Positions 35,737 to 50,086 of a stretch of 60,000 nt of DNA are shown here, in pieces. Every line of letters begins with the position of its first letter. Within the stretch, counting starts at the first letter, position 1. Below the pieces are notes generated by a model. That model saw only the letters and a list, made by a program, of their open reading frames with translations, did not search any database and had not been told where the DNA came from. Source of the DNA: Lytechinus pictus (lineage: Eukaryota); assembly GCF_037042905.1 (NCBI RefSeq), contig NC_087252.1, positions 26,600,001 to 26,660,000 on the forward strand, in the 5' to 3' direction. Position numbers and translations under genes: made by a program.

Positions 35737-36547
35737 AGTAGATGGTCAAAGAAGAATAGAAAAAGCGGCTTCATATTCCTCAAAGATTTGATCATTAAAA
35801 CACAAGTGCTATTTTATTAAGTGAAAGATCAAAAGAAATTGAGTATGCCATTGACGTGATGGATATAGTATCATCAAAATATTAATCATAAACAATTTTA
35901 TATTTCTTAGGATCAAAGACCTGCAATTATTTTTAAAAAGATTGTAATAACAAATTAACAAACTCTCCCACAAAATACAATTTATTGGACATTCCAAGAA
36001 ATATAGACTCATTTACATTTAAATAGAAGCTTTGAAGCTGTAAAAAGTAAAAGTATAACATCCAAAAAATAAACATTATCCCCACAAAGCATAAACTATT
36101 TTAATGTTTGGTCATTCCAAAGTGAGAAAATATAAATCAAAGACATGGCCAAACTAAAATCACCATATACCTTGTATTCATTTACAGATTGAAAAGGAAA
36201 TGAGAAATATACATTTATGGAAACATATAAATCTTTCTGTCAAAAGCATGTCTGACATTTAGTTGATACCTTCTTTTTTTTACATGCTCCCACTCCTTAA
36301 CTCGTTAAGTTTATATTTCAGTGTGGAGAGTAATCCTTATGAAATATGTATGGATATATTTTATCTTTTGTACAGTTTAATAATCGCCATCTTGTGAGAT
36401 TTGTTTTTTGTTGTTGTGATATTGCCTTTCAAGATATGGAGATATTTTAATGATGTGATTTGGTCTGTTTTGGACTGTTCCTTTTCCCCAAATTATAAAT
36501 TTTTACAAATATGCAAGTAAATTTGAATCACAGCCTCTCATGTAAAC

Positions 36548-37154
36548 TTAAATGACAAGTCCACCCTAACGAAAAGTTGATTTGAACAAAAAGAAAAATC
36601 CAACAAGCATACAGTAGCACTGAAAATTTCATCAAGATTGGATTTAATAAAATAAAAGACAGTTATGACATTTAAAGTTTTGCTTAATTTCACAAAACAG
36701 TTATATGCACATCCTGGTCGGTATGCAAATGAGAATGATGGTGTCATCCACTCTATTTCTTTTTGTATTTCATTATATGAAATATTTTAATTTTCTCCTT
36801 ATTGTCAAGTGAAAGAGCAATTAATTCCTCCCTGAACAAGTGGATTTAGCATTGTTTGATACTATATGGTACAGTCAAGTTGGTCCTTATTGTCAAATCT
36901 GTAAACAATGAAATATTGTATTAAAAAAATTAAAAACAAAAGAAATAGTGAGTGAGGGACATCATCGACTGTCTCATTTGCATGTCACTGAGTTGTACAT
37001 ATCACTGTTTTGTAAAACATAAGCGAAACTTTACAAAATATCATAACTTTCTTATTTTACATCCGATTTTGATGAAATTTTCAGCATTGTACTACATGGA
37101 TTTTTCTCCATTTATTCAAATCAACATTTTTCTGGGGAGGACCTGTCCCTTGAA
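36548..37154. mobile_element. Kolobok-like MITE family A, full length, inverted relative to the 35125 copy
   Basis: ttaa-atgacaagtccaccc...ggggaggacctgtccct; internal catcctggtcggtatgcaaatgag. Confidence 0.85.
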
Positions 37155-39899
37155 ATAAAAAACAATTTTCACAGAATATCTATGCCAAATACATGAAGAA
37201 CTTTTGGGAATTGGAAATACACCATTTCAGCTTATACTTTGATAGTATTTCCAGTATTTGATGTCGGCATATTTGTATTTCTTTTGTATTTATAATAAAA
37301 TGAAATGAATCGTAAGGAAATGATGATTTTGATTTTGTTCTTTTCTCAATTTCAACACTAGTATTTCCTGACATTCAAAAAGTCATTTTCACCATTTTAT
37401 CATTGAAATAACATTTATAGTAAATAACATGTTTAGATAAAACATTCTAAAAATGTGTTCCAGAAATATGGGATCATTAATTATATATACAAAGTCTATT
37501 GTCCAAGTAATTTTGATGAATATGGCATGGGTTTTCCAAAGTTGCAATTAAATCATATTGTGTCCCAAGATTCTAAATGAAATTTTTTGCCCCACTCCCC
37601 AAGAAACAAAAAAGAGAAATTGCATGAAGAAAATATAATTGAAAATAAAACAATATTATTAAAGCAAAGGAAAGTGGAAGGGGTTGGAAAAATAAGGAGG
37701 GTTGCTAGTTATGAAAAATAGGCATAAGATATGATTTTACAAAACAAAGACTGCAAGAAAGATTGTAGCTGTTCTTTTATATTGTGTTTATTCAGATAAA
37801 TATTGGCTAAAAAGTCTGTTTTCAGCAAGGTCATGAACAAATTCAAACAAATAGTGAAGGAATATAAAATTAGAGTGAAGACCAAAAAAAAAGGCATACT
37901 GGTTTCCAGGTGATATGTTCCAATTATAAGGATAAAATAAGGTAATTAAACTTTAAGATAACATTTTGTATAATTCAAAATACCATTATCACATTTTGAT
38001 GACTTTGAATCTACTTTATGCTAGAGTTCTAGCTATTAAAACAAACAAAATATATGAAAGAATCCCTTTTTTCCATGCAAGCAATAAAAATCAAGATTGA
38101 ATTCAAAATTATGAAGTTAATATCGATCAATATATTGAAGTATTTAGAATACTTTGAAATATTTCTTTACTATGAATTGCATTTTCTTTTACATTCTATT
38201 CAAAATGGGAAATGGATATCTTTTTACCTGATAATTGCAAAAAATGAAAAGAAAAGAGAGTTCTACTGAGGGAAGGCAGATGTTACAAGTTTTACAGTTT
38301 GTGAAAATTAATGGATGTTGTATAAAAAAGCTTCAATATATATGTATATTTCCGCTTTTAATGCCATTTGCCCTCCCCCCCAAAACACATGATGACATAC
38401 ATGTATTCACATTGATAACTTAAAGTATTCACATTATTTGTTTATTAGAACAACCACAATTGTTAGGGGTTGTAGATTGGAAAATAAGGAAAAAAAAAAG
38501 TAAAAATCCTAAATCAATGTTTTTTCAATACAGGGTCATATATGTTGCAAGGACTTAATTACAATAGACAGAAATGTTTGAAGATCATAATATATTTGCT
38601 TGTAAAACGAACCATTTCTTATACAAGAATGTCCATATTTTAATTTTTTACACCATAAAATAAATCTACAATAAATAATTCAAAGAGATACATGTACCTT
38701 GTCCAAAGGACACTAACATTGAATTTCTATTTTACCAAAGTGCTGATTGTTATCAAAATGGATAGTGCTAGTTATTGAAAGGACAAGATTTTTTAAAAAT
38801 ATATATTTTTGAAAAAATTTAGTGTTACTATATTGTGCCATTCTAAAGGTATATATATCTATTCACATTTTAGTAGATTAATATATAGCTAGGTCCCAAC
38901 TGATGATCTATAAAATTGAAAAGAATATAAGTTGCATTTTCAAAATCATATAGCTATAAATAAAAGCACAAAATAAGTTTTGTTTTTGTGTTGCTTTGTC
39001 TGAGAGTTTTTTCTTTGAAAGGTTAAATACAATAATTTGATTTTTGTTAAAGCTCTTAATAGTTTTCATAGAATAGAAAGAGAGAGGATAAGTAATTGAA
39101 GAATTGTAAATAACAATTTGGAGGAGGTAGACACAACTCTTCAAGAAAATTTTAATTTTTTTTTACAATAAATGCCATTATTAAAAAAAAAACATACATT
39201 GCAGCACTAATAGCTATAAATGAAAGTTAGGAAATCAAATTTTTGAGAATAGAATGAGCCCCCCAAAAAACGATATCTCATTAGTGGGAATAAAACATTT
39301 TGCTTTCTTCTGTGTTACTTCAAGTGCATGTTAATCTAAAGAATAGAATGAGCCTATCATCAAATGAACAATGTATGTACTAATGAGAAATGTGGATTTC
39401 TATTTAGTATTCTATTGTTACAGGGTATTCCAAAAAAAAAAACCCCATAAAAACACACAAAAACAGAATTCTATTCAAAATTGCATCCCTCTGTCTTTTA
39501 ACAAAACATTAATTGTTATTTCTGACAACAAGAAATATTTGTGTCAACCTCAACCCATCTTTGCCATCCCCCAAAGTATGAAGAGTTTGGATGTCAGAGA
39601 GAGAGAGAGAAAAAGAAGAAGGGGGGGGGGGTAGTACATGATGCCAGCCGAAATTCACTTGTTTTTCAATCATTGAAACATAATGCACTAATTGATTGCG
39701 AAGACTGTCACTGCTTTGGCCAAAAACAATGCGCAGAACTTGCCAGTGCTTTTGGAGGTTTGCCCGCTGTGCAATAGTAATACATTGGAACCTCTCCAGG
39801 CTTGCAAAAGATTGAAATGTTCTTCGCATAGCACATCGTCTTGTCTACACTACAGCAAGGCCCTTCCTCTGCGCCATCCCTGCTTTCTCTTTTGACATG

Positions 39900-40400
39900 A
39901 ATTATATCGTAAAGGGAACAAATATGAAAATGCAGGCGCGGAAAATCTTGTACGTCCTATTACAGCCCACAATGTATATATCTATATTATATATATACAT
40001 ATACACTGCGTATGTGATGACACCAGGTGCGTAGACTTTGGCCCAGCCGCCTCGAACTTAGTGCGCCACGGTCCCAGTGTCAAGTGCATGTTGTGAAGTC
40101 ATCGCCGGCCTGGGAGGGAGGCTAACTGGGCATGTTGTGGGGCGAAACCACATAGAGGTCATGTGATGGGAGGCGGTCCTACTCGAAGGCTGACCTCTAA
40201 GTGCCTAATGGACACCCGGCTTAGTAAAGAAAATGAGGGATCGGGCTGGGGCGGAGGCTAGATCAGAGAGTGTCATCCAGAGTTCACATCCAAGTCTTCT
40301 TAATATGCAATGTGTTTTATTCATATCTGTATCCATTGCGGGTTCCGATGGGCACAATTTTTCCTTGTGCGTCATCGAGGAGCAGGCGAATTAATGTTTT
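39900..40400. promoter_or_regulatory. GC/CpG-rich intronic regulatory patch (enhancer or further promoter)
   Basis: Non-repetitive GC-rich island in very AT-rich intron; E2F-like GGCGCGGAAAA (39935), GC box GGGGCGGAGG (40248). Confidence 0.35.
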
Positions 40401-41417
40401 TGTTTTGGACGGATGGTTTTCTCTTTCCGCCCATAAACTCCCAGCAGTCTTCCACATCATGATAAAAAATACCAAGGCTATTGTTATTAGCCGATCTCCA
40501 GACTGAAATTATAGAAAAAAAAGGCTGTAAAATTGATTGTAGATCCTTTGGCCAGAGTAATTGACCACTCGATTCCATAATCAATCTATTTTCTGGATTC
40601 AAATAAGATTCACTCTGTTGCAGACGAAACCATTGTTTCTTTACAAGAAGAATAGAAAACAATCATCTTCCTTTCTGTGTCCTGCCTGTCTTAGAGCTGT
40701 CTCTTTCCACATTTTGTCATCTTATAAAAATTGATATCTCCATTATTGAAAGCTAACAAAGAAATCAATATCTGCATGCAAACACTCCTTTTCTTCTGTG
40801 TACTTCAAATTCAGATTTTAATGATTTTAGTATGAATCTCAGACTGTCTTCTTATAAATTGATTTCATTCTTAGGCAAAATTATTGTACAAAATCTTGAA
40901 AGCTGATTTTTGTGATCGATGAGAGAAAATATTTTGATATGCAAGAACATAAAAGGTGTTTCCCACTTTTTTCAGATCTTTTGCTTTTGCCTGTTTAAAT
41001 TTTCAGCTATTTTATTAACTGCAGATTTTTCATTCAATCATTTCATTTTACATATTAGTTCTTTATTTTGATTTGTTTTATTCTGTTGAGATGTTGCAGT
41101 TGTAATTTGTTTACTATTGTTTGGGGATATTGATATTCTCAAAAGCCCATATGATCGATGAAATGCAAGTTTGAAATTTCAATTCAGAAATAAAAAAAAT
41201 CGACCCTAAAAATCATTCTGCGCATCTCATTCTCTTATGATCATTTGATTTCTCTCCATTTATCATTCTGGTCTATGAATTCCTTTCTAATATATTTCTC
41301 TTTCCTTTTTCATATGTGTTTTGATTGATTTCTTTCCACAAGATGTATGAATTACAAGGGCTGAAACAGTGGACAAAGGATCATGATCCTCCTTGAGAAA
41401 AAAAAGTCACTTTTCAG

Positions 41418-41563
41418 GGGCCTGTTGCAGAAAGAGTTGCATTTAAAACGCTAGTGAAAAATATCAAGCGCAAGTCCCGAATATGGGTGCTTCATTGGCT
41501 GAAAATCAAGTTGCGCAAGTTTTTTGAGTTGCGTTTGATCGCAACTCTTTCTGCAACAAGCCC
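41418..41563. mobile_element. Harbinger-like MITE
   Basis: cag-gggcctgttgcagaaagagttgc...gcaactctttctgcaacaagccc-ctg. Confidence 0.85.
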
Positions 41564-42324
41564 CTGTTCTTCTATTAGGGGTGATAAACCCTTACCCTTT
41601 TTTTGCATATATTTTAGAGTGTATCCTCATGTATATGTCTTCATTCTTTATCTTTTTCGTCATTAATTTCCACACTATTGCTGTATTTTCATATTATACC
41701 TTGTGTTTATCTCATGTTGCTTATTCTGTTATTTTGCATCTATTTGTCTTTTATCTCATGAAGAAAGAAAAAAAAAGAAAAGCCCTTTTCAATATTCTAT
41801 TTTGTAATCTCAAGAAAGACACACCCCTAGGCTCCGAACACCCCCATCTGTTTTCCCTAATGGGAGCTCCAGGCTCAAGGAAAACTTCTATGTTCTTGAG
41901 AATAGATAAAGAATGATAATTGGTAAATATTCCTTCATTTAAATTCTTTTTGTCAAAACATTCAAACCTTACAAGTATGTAGTGATCTTTTCATAGATTT
42001 GTTTTATTTGAAAATGACTTTACAATCAGATTTAGGGCCCTCTTTCACTGAAATAAAACCCTCTGAATTCTTATTCAATATGGAGTTTTAAACATTTTAT
42101 CTGTTTTTATCTTGACAATTTCATTGGTTTATGATAAATATCTTTTGGTGTGATAATTTATGTGAATAACCAACATCTAATCTTATCTATTCCGATCATT
42201 TGAATGTATTTCTAAAAGATGAACAAATTATAATGTTGTTGGTCTTGACTTTATATTTTGTATGGCTGCCAAATCCGCTGGTTTTCTTGTTTTTTGTGTT
42301 TCAAAGAAATTTTTATCAGCATAT

Positions 42325-45300
42325 GGGTCATTCCACGGGGTTGGGGCAACAGCACTTTTTTGTGTTCCCTATGAATTGTTGGCTTTATCCTGAAAATGTG
42401 TTTGGCGTTTGGATGTTGCAATGTGGTTTTGTTGGAAGGCAGTTATGTAAGCAATTACTTGATGCAGAAATAAAAATGTTGAACCTCATTTTTTTTTTTA
42501 TGGTGAGACTTTAAATGATGATGTCCAGACTCTTTTTTGGGGTACCAAGTGTGACATCCAAAATGGTCATTTTCAGTTGAAGATATCTAATCAAAAGATA
42601 AACTTAGTCAAATTCAAATGGCCATGATTGATAAAGCAACATTTGTTTAATAACAAAACAGTAATGGGATAGCAAATGATAAGAGGCTTTATATCAAAAA
42701 TCATTCCTACAACATCGCATACCACCGTTACATGCGATGTCCGCGTTTATTTTTTCTGTAACGGCGGTAAAGTGGTAAATAACTAAAAGTCAGAAATCAT
42801 TCTTTCCAAAGTTATGTGTCAGAAATAAAGGGCAGGCAGTAAGCAACTTTTCATCAAAAGATAAGCTTTGAAAACCAATGTTAATGTCATGTAAATTAAT
42901 CGAGGGTCGCCGATGTTTTGGGCGATGTCCGGGCCAAATTTGTAACGGTGGATCACATTTCATCGCGTATGTAAAAAGGAGAGACCGGAGAAGAGACCGT
43001 CGTTGTATCAGACGGACGGGATGTTAGCCGAAATCCACGTGCACATGAACGGCTATGATATCGGGTGTTTTGCAGCATTGCAATTGGGAATCTTCCCGCA
43101 ATGTCCGTGTAACGGTGGATTGGATCTCCACGATGTTTTCCCTTTCAAAGCGACGTAAGTACGGAGATTTATCCCGATACTCGTATTTTTAAATCAGTTA
43201 AACCTTATCTTAAAAATGTGAAACTATATTATCATGCAGAAAGTGTTTTTAAGATTGAAAAATCTCGCTAATTTTTCATAATCTTTTACTACAGTCCCAC
43301 ATGTATCTTTTCGTGTAAGTAAAATATGTGATTGAGACATCGCCGTGTTTGTTCCAGATTTGCTAAACGGCCCCAAAGAAATAATGTTTTTATTACTGTG
43401 ATTCCGTGCAAACATGTTTTGAATGTTAGCTGACATGATTCAATCGCAATTTAGTTGATTTTTTTAAACACCGAAATATGTTATTTCAATAGGCCAATGG
43501 ATACTCAAAACTGCTCTATCACCGATGATCATGCTGACATCTCAGATTTCATTTGATTTGGTACAAAATCTCGCCTTGTTTTAATTGGCTCCTACTGATT
43601 CTACGTAATATGGGTATCAAAGACCTGATGATCAAATTTGAATTTCCCCCAAAAAATGAGAGTTTAGAACCAGTGGCAGCGCCACGGGGGAGGCAGGCCC
43701 CCCCCCCCCCCATTTTTTTTTTTTTGTCAGCTGATCCCAATCCGAAAGAAGGGGGGGGGGCAAAATAATTTTTCTGTTACTACCCCCTACACATAGTACA
43801 TGTGCTTTGTGTATGATGAAGCATGGCCATAATCCAATTACTAGTAATTCTTGGCTGTAGGCCTAACCTTCCCAAAACTTTTCATCTTGTTGAATGTTAT
43901 ACTTTTCAGCGCATTCTTTTTTTCTCTCAATATTTTTTCAATATTTTGTATTTTGATTTCTATATATTCAATTGTAAGGAGAGGGGGGGGGGTCCGTTTT
44001 ATCAGAAAGCAAAAGCCTGTGTGATTGTTTTCAATGTGATTTTTTTTTTATTGCAATATAATGAGATTTTTAAAACATGTACAAGTGAACAAAAGAAAAT
44101 GTGACACAATCAAGTTTGTTTCACAAGTTTATTTGCTGTATCAGAAGGTAAATTGCAAATTTGAATTCCATTAATTCATTTAATTCCAATAAAACATACA
44201 TATATTATGTAATTGCTTGAACAATTAAACTTCAGCGATGAAAATTAAATAGGATGGTCATAAAAAACTAAATGATATTGTCTAGATAACCACCCTTGAT
44301 TAGAATGCAGAATAAAATTAGATTAAATTAATCCATTGAGAAATGAAATTGAAGTACAGATAATTTATGAAAAGGTAATAGGCAAGTAATTGTATTGTTA
44401 AAACAAAGTAGAACACAACAACACAAATACAAAAACCTTCTATAAAACGTAACTTTATAATTATATTTAATTTATGAACTATGAAATGATGAATTCTATT
44501 TGCTATGAAAAAATACAAAGTGAAGGTTCCTGTGTATTTTGCAAGAACAGATCAGATTCATTGTCCCTAGTAATCCACCCCCTTTAATGAGAAAATGTCA
44601 AGACATAAATAAGTAAATGATTTGATATAAAATAACAAGTATTTGCTTATTGCTTAAAAAATATAGTCAAACTTCCAAATACTATTTTTCTCAACTACAG
44701 GTAGCCTCTGTTCAAGGTGAAAATGTATATCTTCAGTACATGAAGTGTCAATCTGGTGACCTGTACTCCTGGCCTGATGGCGAGGCACAATTCTACCTCC
44801 ATCCACTTTGTGACATTGACAGAATCCTCTTCCAAACTGAAATTTCTTATTGGGTCACCAGTCTTCTTGAAGTTCATAAACTTGTAACCTGAATGTAGAG
44901 AGAAATATTGCATGTTAATTTTAATAGTCAGGTTTAGTGTACAGTGTAATACATTTTTTTGCATTTGCCAGTAAGAAGTTTACCAAAGAGTTCTTGCAGT
45001 TATATTTTTTAACATTAGAATAGCTTAGTACATTTTACTTTCTCGCTTACAACTCTGTTAAAAAAAACAGAAGATATAAAGGTGGTGAGTTTTTTAAATT
45101 AAATTTGTCCACTAAGTACTTTACAATTGTCCTTTTCGCATGTTGGAACTTAATGTTTTATCTAATGTATGTAAGTTCCAGTGATGACATGATTATATTT
45201 TAATTAATGTCACTTCTACACTACCATTTTGAGGACATGATGTCCATGTAACTGAGGTAAAACAAATTAGAGTTAACAAATTGAACAAGTTTATATGTGT

Positions 45301-47027
45301 AAGGTATAAATGCGTTGTCCATGTCTTCCATGTCAACTTTGTCTTGTTTTGTCTTGAAAAACCATAGCTTAGAAGAACTAAACTAGTACCTTTTCCCTAC
45401 ATATTTTTCACCTGAATATTGTATCAAAGGTATCAAAAAAATTTGTAATTGTGTATGAATAAAAAAAACATTTTACCTGTTCATTGATATGAATTACAGA
45501 AGCTTGCTTGTAGATGTTGTATTTCTATACTTGAGTAAGATGAGTTAAATTGCATTTAGTGTGTTGATACTAGAAAAATATGTCAGATATTCAAGTAATG
45601 CTATTCAATATGACCATTACAAGGACATGATGTCCGTGTAACAGAGGTATCTACATTTGAAAGTAATATCTTGAAGGAGATATTTCAAAGCATGAAGCTA
45701 TTATCTTCATGTTCAAAGTAATAAAAGATTTGGAGATCGTAAGATAGCACTGTTTCGTTTTTTCCCCTTTAGACAGAAACATAAATGTTTTCAGAGACAG
45801 ACGGAAGTGGAACCTTGAGGATTAGTATGATTTTAAATATAATGTCAACAATTTTTGTACATTTTTCCTTGTTTAAACTCTAATTTAAAGTGCTTTAACT
45901 TGCAAAAATTTGACATGCAAAATGTTTTTCTTCTAGTATAATCAATTGAACTTGTGCAAATATTCTAAGGCAGAAAGGGTAATTTGGTATGTAATGACCA
46001 TTAATGGATCCTAACTTACTATGCTTCAAATTATACCTCTGTTACAGAGACATGATGTCCATGTAACGGTGGTAACACCAAACAAAAATAGAAGGTTAGG
46101 CCAGAGAGAGTACAGTGTAGTTGAGTTTTTCCAAAGAGAATATTCAATTCTGTTGAGGCATGACTTCTCTCAACTATTTAGTTCTACATGCCATCATAAA
46201 TTGAATTTTCTTGACTGGACTGAGAAAAAAGAACGACACATAATTTGTCAATAATTTTGTACATTTTTCTTTGTTTAAACTCTTATTTAAATTTCTTGTA
46301 TTTGCAAAGAATTTGACATGCAAAATGTTTTTTTCTAATATAATCAATTGATCTTGTGCAAATAATTTAAGGCAGAAAGTGTAATTTGGTATGTGATGAC
46401 CATTAATGGACCTTAACTTACAATGCTTCAAATTATACCTCTGTTACAGAGACATGATGTCCATGTAACGGTGGTAACACCAAAAATAGAAGGTTAGGCC
46501 AGAAAGAGTAGTTGAGTTTTTCCAAAAAGAATATTCCATTCTGTTGAGGCATAACTTCTGTCAACTATTTAGTTCTACATGCCATCATAAATTGAATTTT
46601 CTTGACTGGTGAGAAAAAAGAACGACACAGAACATGGCACTGGTATACACACAGAGCATCAAGTTCCATTTATTGATGCTAAATCTTTCAAAATATATAT
46701 GCCATGTTGGAAAATGTGGAATAAAGTGACTAAAAATGTTGTTAGCAAAATATTTATTAAGAGGAATTGAGATCAACCCTTTTATTTTGACAGTGGGAGA
46801 GTATAGTCTAAGTAAGGATGATAAATGATGTCCGTGTAACGGTGGTATTTTGTCAAATCTTGTTTCGCAATTTACTCAAATATGCAGGTTGGTATGAAAT
46901 GCCTGTAAGTGGATTTAGTTGAAGAATTGTCCCATGAAACATATGAGAAAAAAAACTTTTCATTTATTACATTTCTATTTTTTGACCCTGATGTCACAAT
47001 TTTTGCCCCAACCCCATGGAATGACCC
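42325..47027. mobile_element. 4.7-kb non-autonomous TIR transposon, Sola2-like
   Basis: TIRs gggtcattccacggggttggggca / tgccccaaccccatggaatgaccc; ATAT duplication on both sides; repeated internal motif gatgtccgtgtaacggtgg; internal ~400-bp tandem duplication (45850-46630). Superfamily is inferred from the termini and TSD only. Confidence 0.8.
44701..44892 (+). pseudogene. Residual exon inside the Sola2-like element, resembling a transposase C-terminal Tudor/SH3-like domain
   Basis: Acceptor ttttttctcaactacAG then VASVQGENVYLQYMKCQSGDLYSWPDGEAQFYLHPLCDIDRIL; GC-richer than its flanks. Resemblance is by eye only. Confidence 0.4.
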
Positions 47028-49019
47028 ATATGCCCTGAAGGAACTGTTGACTTTTTGTTTCAATACTTTAGCCATACTGCTGACAATAGAACGGTATTTT
47101 CCCTTTTCAGGTTGTTGAGACAAAAAAATTTAACTCGAAATATTTGCAAAAATAATATGCAGTACATGAATTCACACAATAAATACAGGAACGTTGTTGA
47201 CTTTGAAATAGAATGTTGAGTAGAGCATTAAATTCTTTTCTGAGTTTAACATTCTAAAGGTAACAAGTGAAATATTACAAATATAGCAATTTGTATTGGG
47301 GCAATACATTGATTTTGGGGGCACTTTTCAAGAAAAAAAAACAAGTAAAATAGAGAATTTATGACTGTTTTCATTGACTCACAAAAGTCACAAGGTTTAA
47401 CCCCCATTCCCCACCCCACTTAACAAGATGGATTGGTGTTGGACTAATGTCAATGATGATGATGATGAAAAGGTTGTACACCTAAAATGTTGTTAAAAAT
47501 TCTATACAACACTTTACTATATGAACCTTACAGTTGTTTAAAAAGTGTTAAGTTTAATTTTCAATATTTAATTCTCAATAGATTTAACAGCATTGTATAG
47601 AAATTTTAAGCAAGAATTTTATTCCTTAAAAAGGGATAAAAAAGAACCAAACTGGAATCAGATAAAGAGTTTCAATCAGCAAGGATTGATCAAGTTTAAT
47701 TATGGATGCATTTATACCAATTGAATTTAAATGGTTGAAATGTACGTAGGAAGATTTAAAAATGTCAGAAGAGCTTCAGTATGGAAGAAAAAAAAAGATT
47801 GAATTTCTAGAATTTGCATACAAAGTACCAATTAAAAGAGATGAACTTGCAGCCTTTTTGGAGTTTGATTCTCCATTAAATTATTACTGAAAAAAAAATC
47901 AGAATTCACATGTATTTTACATGTAATCAAAGTAAATAGGAAAAAAAATGATTAAAAAAATTGACTTTGTAGATTTTTGGACCATAACTGAGGAAAAATT
48001 CATGTTATCAAGTTTACTTTCATTGAACGAAAATAAAGAATAAAAATGTAATTAAAGTTAGATCATAATCATCAAGGAAAAGAATTACAATTTGTCAAAT
48101 ACACATACCAACTAACGGCAGCAGACTATTGAGCTTTTTTTTCACATAGTCGGAGTTTTTAATCAGGACGTTGAATATTTGTAATTTGCATAGAGCTTGA
48201 AAGAAACAGAGCATTTGACCTTTTCCAGTCTAAAAGTTTATGATTTTACAACAGGTATGAAAATGCTAATTGTCTAAAGGAGGAAAAATAAAATTTGTTG
48301 AGTTTACAGATTTGAACCAGTTGAGTAACAATCACTTCTGAACCCCCCCTTGAAAATCTCAATTTAAGAAATTCATCGAGTGCCTCATGGAGAGCAAATA
48401 AATGGTGCTAATTGAAGTCATTTTTTTTTTACCAAATTAGATTTTTCTTGCTTTTATTAAAAATGTTTTTCTTTTGATTAAAAATGTTTTTCTTCCACTT
48501 TTATACTGTATATTTTCTTTGTTTTTCATATGCTTTTCATGAATATATTTTTTAAGGTAGATTTTAAATTTACTTTTTAATTTTTTAAAATCATTAATAG
48601 TATTATTATTATCTTAATTTTTTTTTGGGGGGAGGGTTGATCTAAAGATATAAAATAAGTTTCAATAGTAATTGTTCAACATTCTTACCTTTTTTGAATT
48701 TCATAAAGATTTATTGCTCTCTGATTTCACCCAGTTGTGCAAGTTTACTTAATATATGTTAATAATACATGTAGGTGAACATAAACAAAATGATTAGCGT
48801 AATAAAATGAATCTTTAGTGACTGTCTTACTCTTAAGATTGAAAAGGCAAAAAGAAGCTGCTGAAAACTGCTTATCTAATAAAAGAGAGCCAATGGAGTA
48901 AATTAGAAAGTCAAAAAGGGGCCTAAGCTTTTGATTGAAAGATTGAAAAGGGAGTGAAACTTCACTCTGTTTTAACTTCTTACTCTTTACTCTTTGTTCT
49001 TTGAAAGTGAAAGTGTTAG

Positions 49020-49172
49020 ACAAAAAGGAAGAGAGGATGAGAAAGAGAGGGAGAGAGAGAGTAAGAGAGATAAACAGAGAGAGAGAGAGGGAGAGATTGG
49101 GAGATAGAGGAAGAGAAAGAGGAAAAAAGATAGAGAGTGAGAGAGAATGAAAAATTAAGAGAGAAAGAGAGT
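49020..49172. repeat. (GA)n-rich purine tract
   Basis: Direct reading. Confidence 0.85.
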
Positions 49173-50086
49173 AACTAGTCAAGGAGCAACTTTATACTTA
49201 TCCCACCCATTTTCCCCTTCACCACGGCTGCTCCTAATTTCGGAAGTCGGCGCATCTGTCCCCCTCGCTGGCCGAGCGATGACCAGGCTGAGGGAACTGT
49301 CGCTGGTTTTCAGCTGCCTTAATGGAATTTAGAGTAACCTTTTGAAAAATGACAGACTTATTTTCTCCTGGAATTATTCATATCAGTATGCCTACTATTG
49401 CCTGTATTGGTGAAGGTTAGGACATCTATAGGTCAACCCACTCTTCTTCTTAATGGATGTGTTCACAATACAAATCATGAATGTTTATATGAAATGGTAT
49501 GACCCTGAACACAATTTTACTTGTTAATTTTTATTCTTTGATCTTGATGAAACTTTAATGTTTTCATTCAACAGGAGTAACATGATTCAGACCTCTCCTT
49601 TCTTTAATTTTGTCTTCTTTTCTTTACACCTTGTTTTTCCTTCCCCTTTTTCACTTTGATAATTAATGGGAGGGGGGTGGGGGTCAACTTCCTCTTCCAC
49701 CAGTAGCCCCTCCCTCGTTGCACAATGTCATGTTCTGGAACTTTGATTTTTATAGGGGAATTGAAGTCTTCAAATATTTCTTTTTCTATGATAAAGATGA
49801 GTGTTTCTTTTTCCAGATTAAAATCAAATTCTCAAACTGTTTGAATTTCTGTGATGGAACTTTGATTTTTCAGGCAGGAAACTAACTCTTCAAACCTTGT
49901 GTTTTTGTGATGAGGATTCTTCTTTTATTACAAAAAAACAAACCATACAGCCACAACATTTTCTTGAATTTGTTGTTGTTTGGATCCAACCAGATTTTCA
50001 ATGATTACTGATACCCTTTGCCTGTTATCTTTTATAGAGATTTGTGCAATTTGGGTGTCCTGTTTTTTTGTCATGTATTGGCTATA

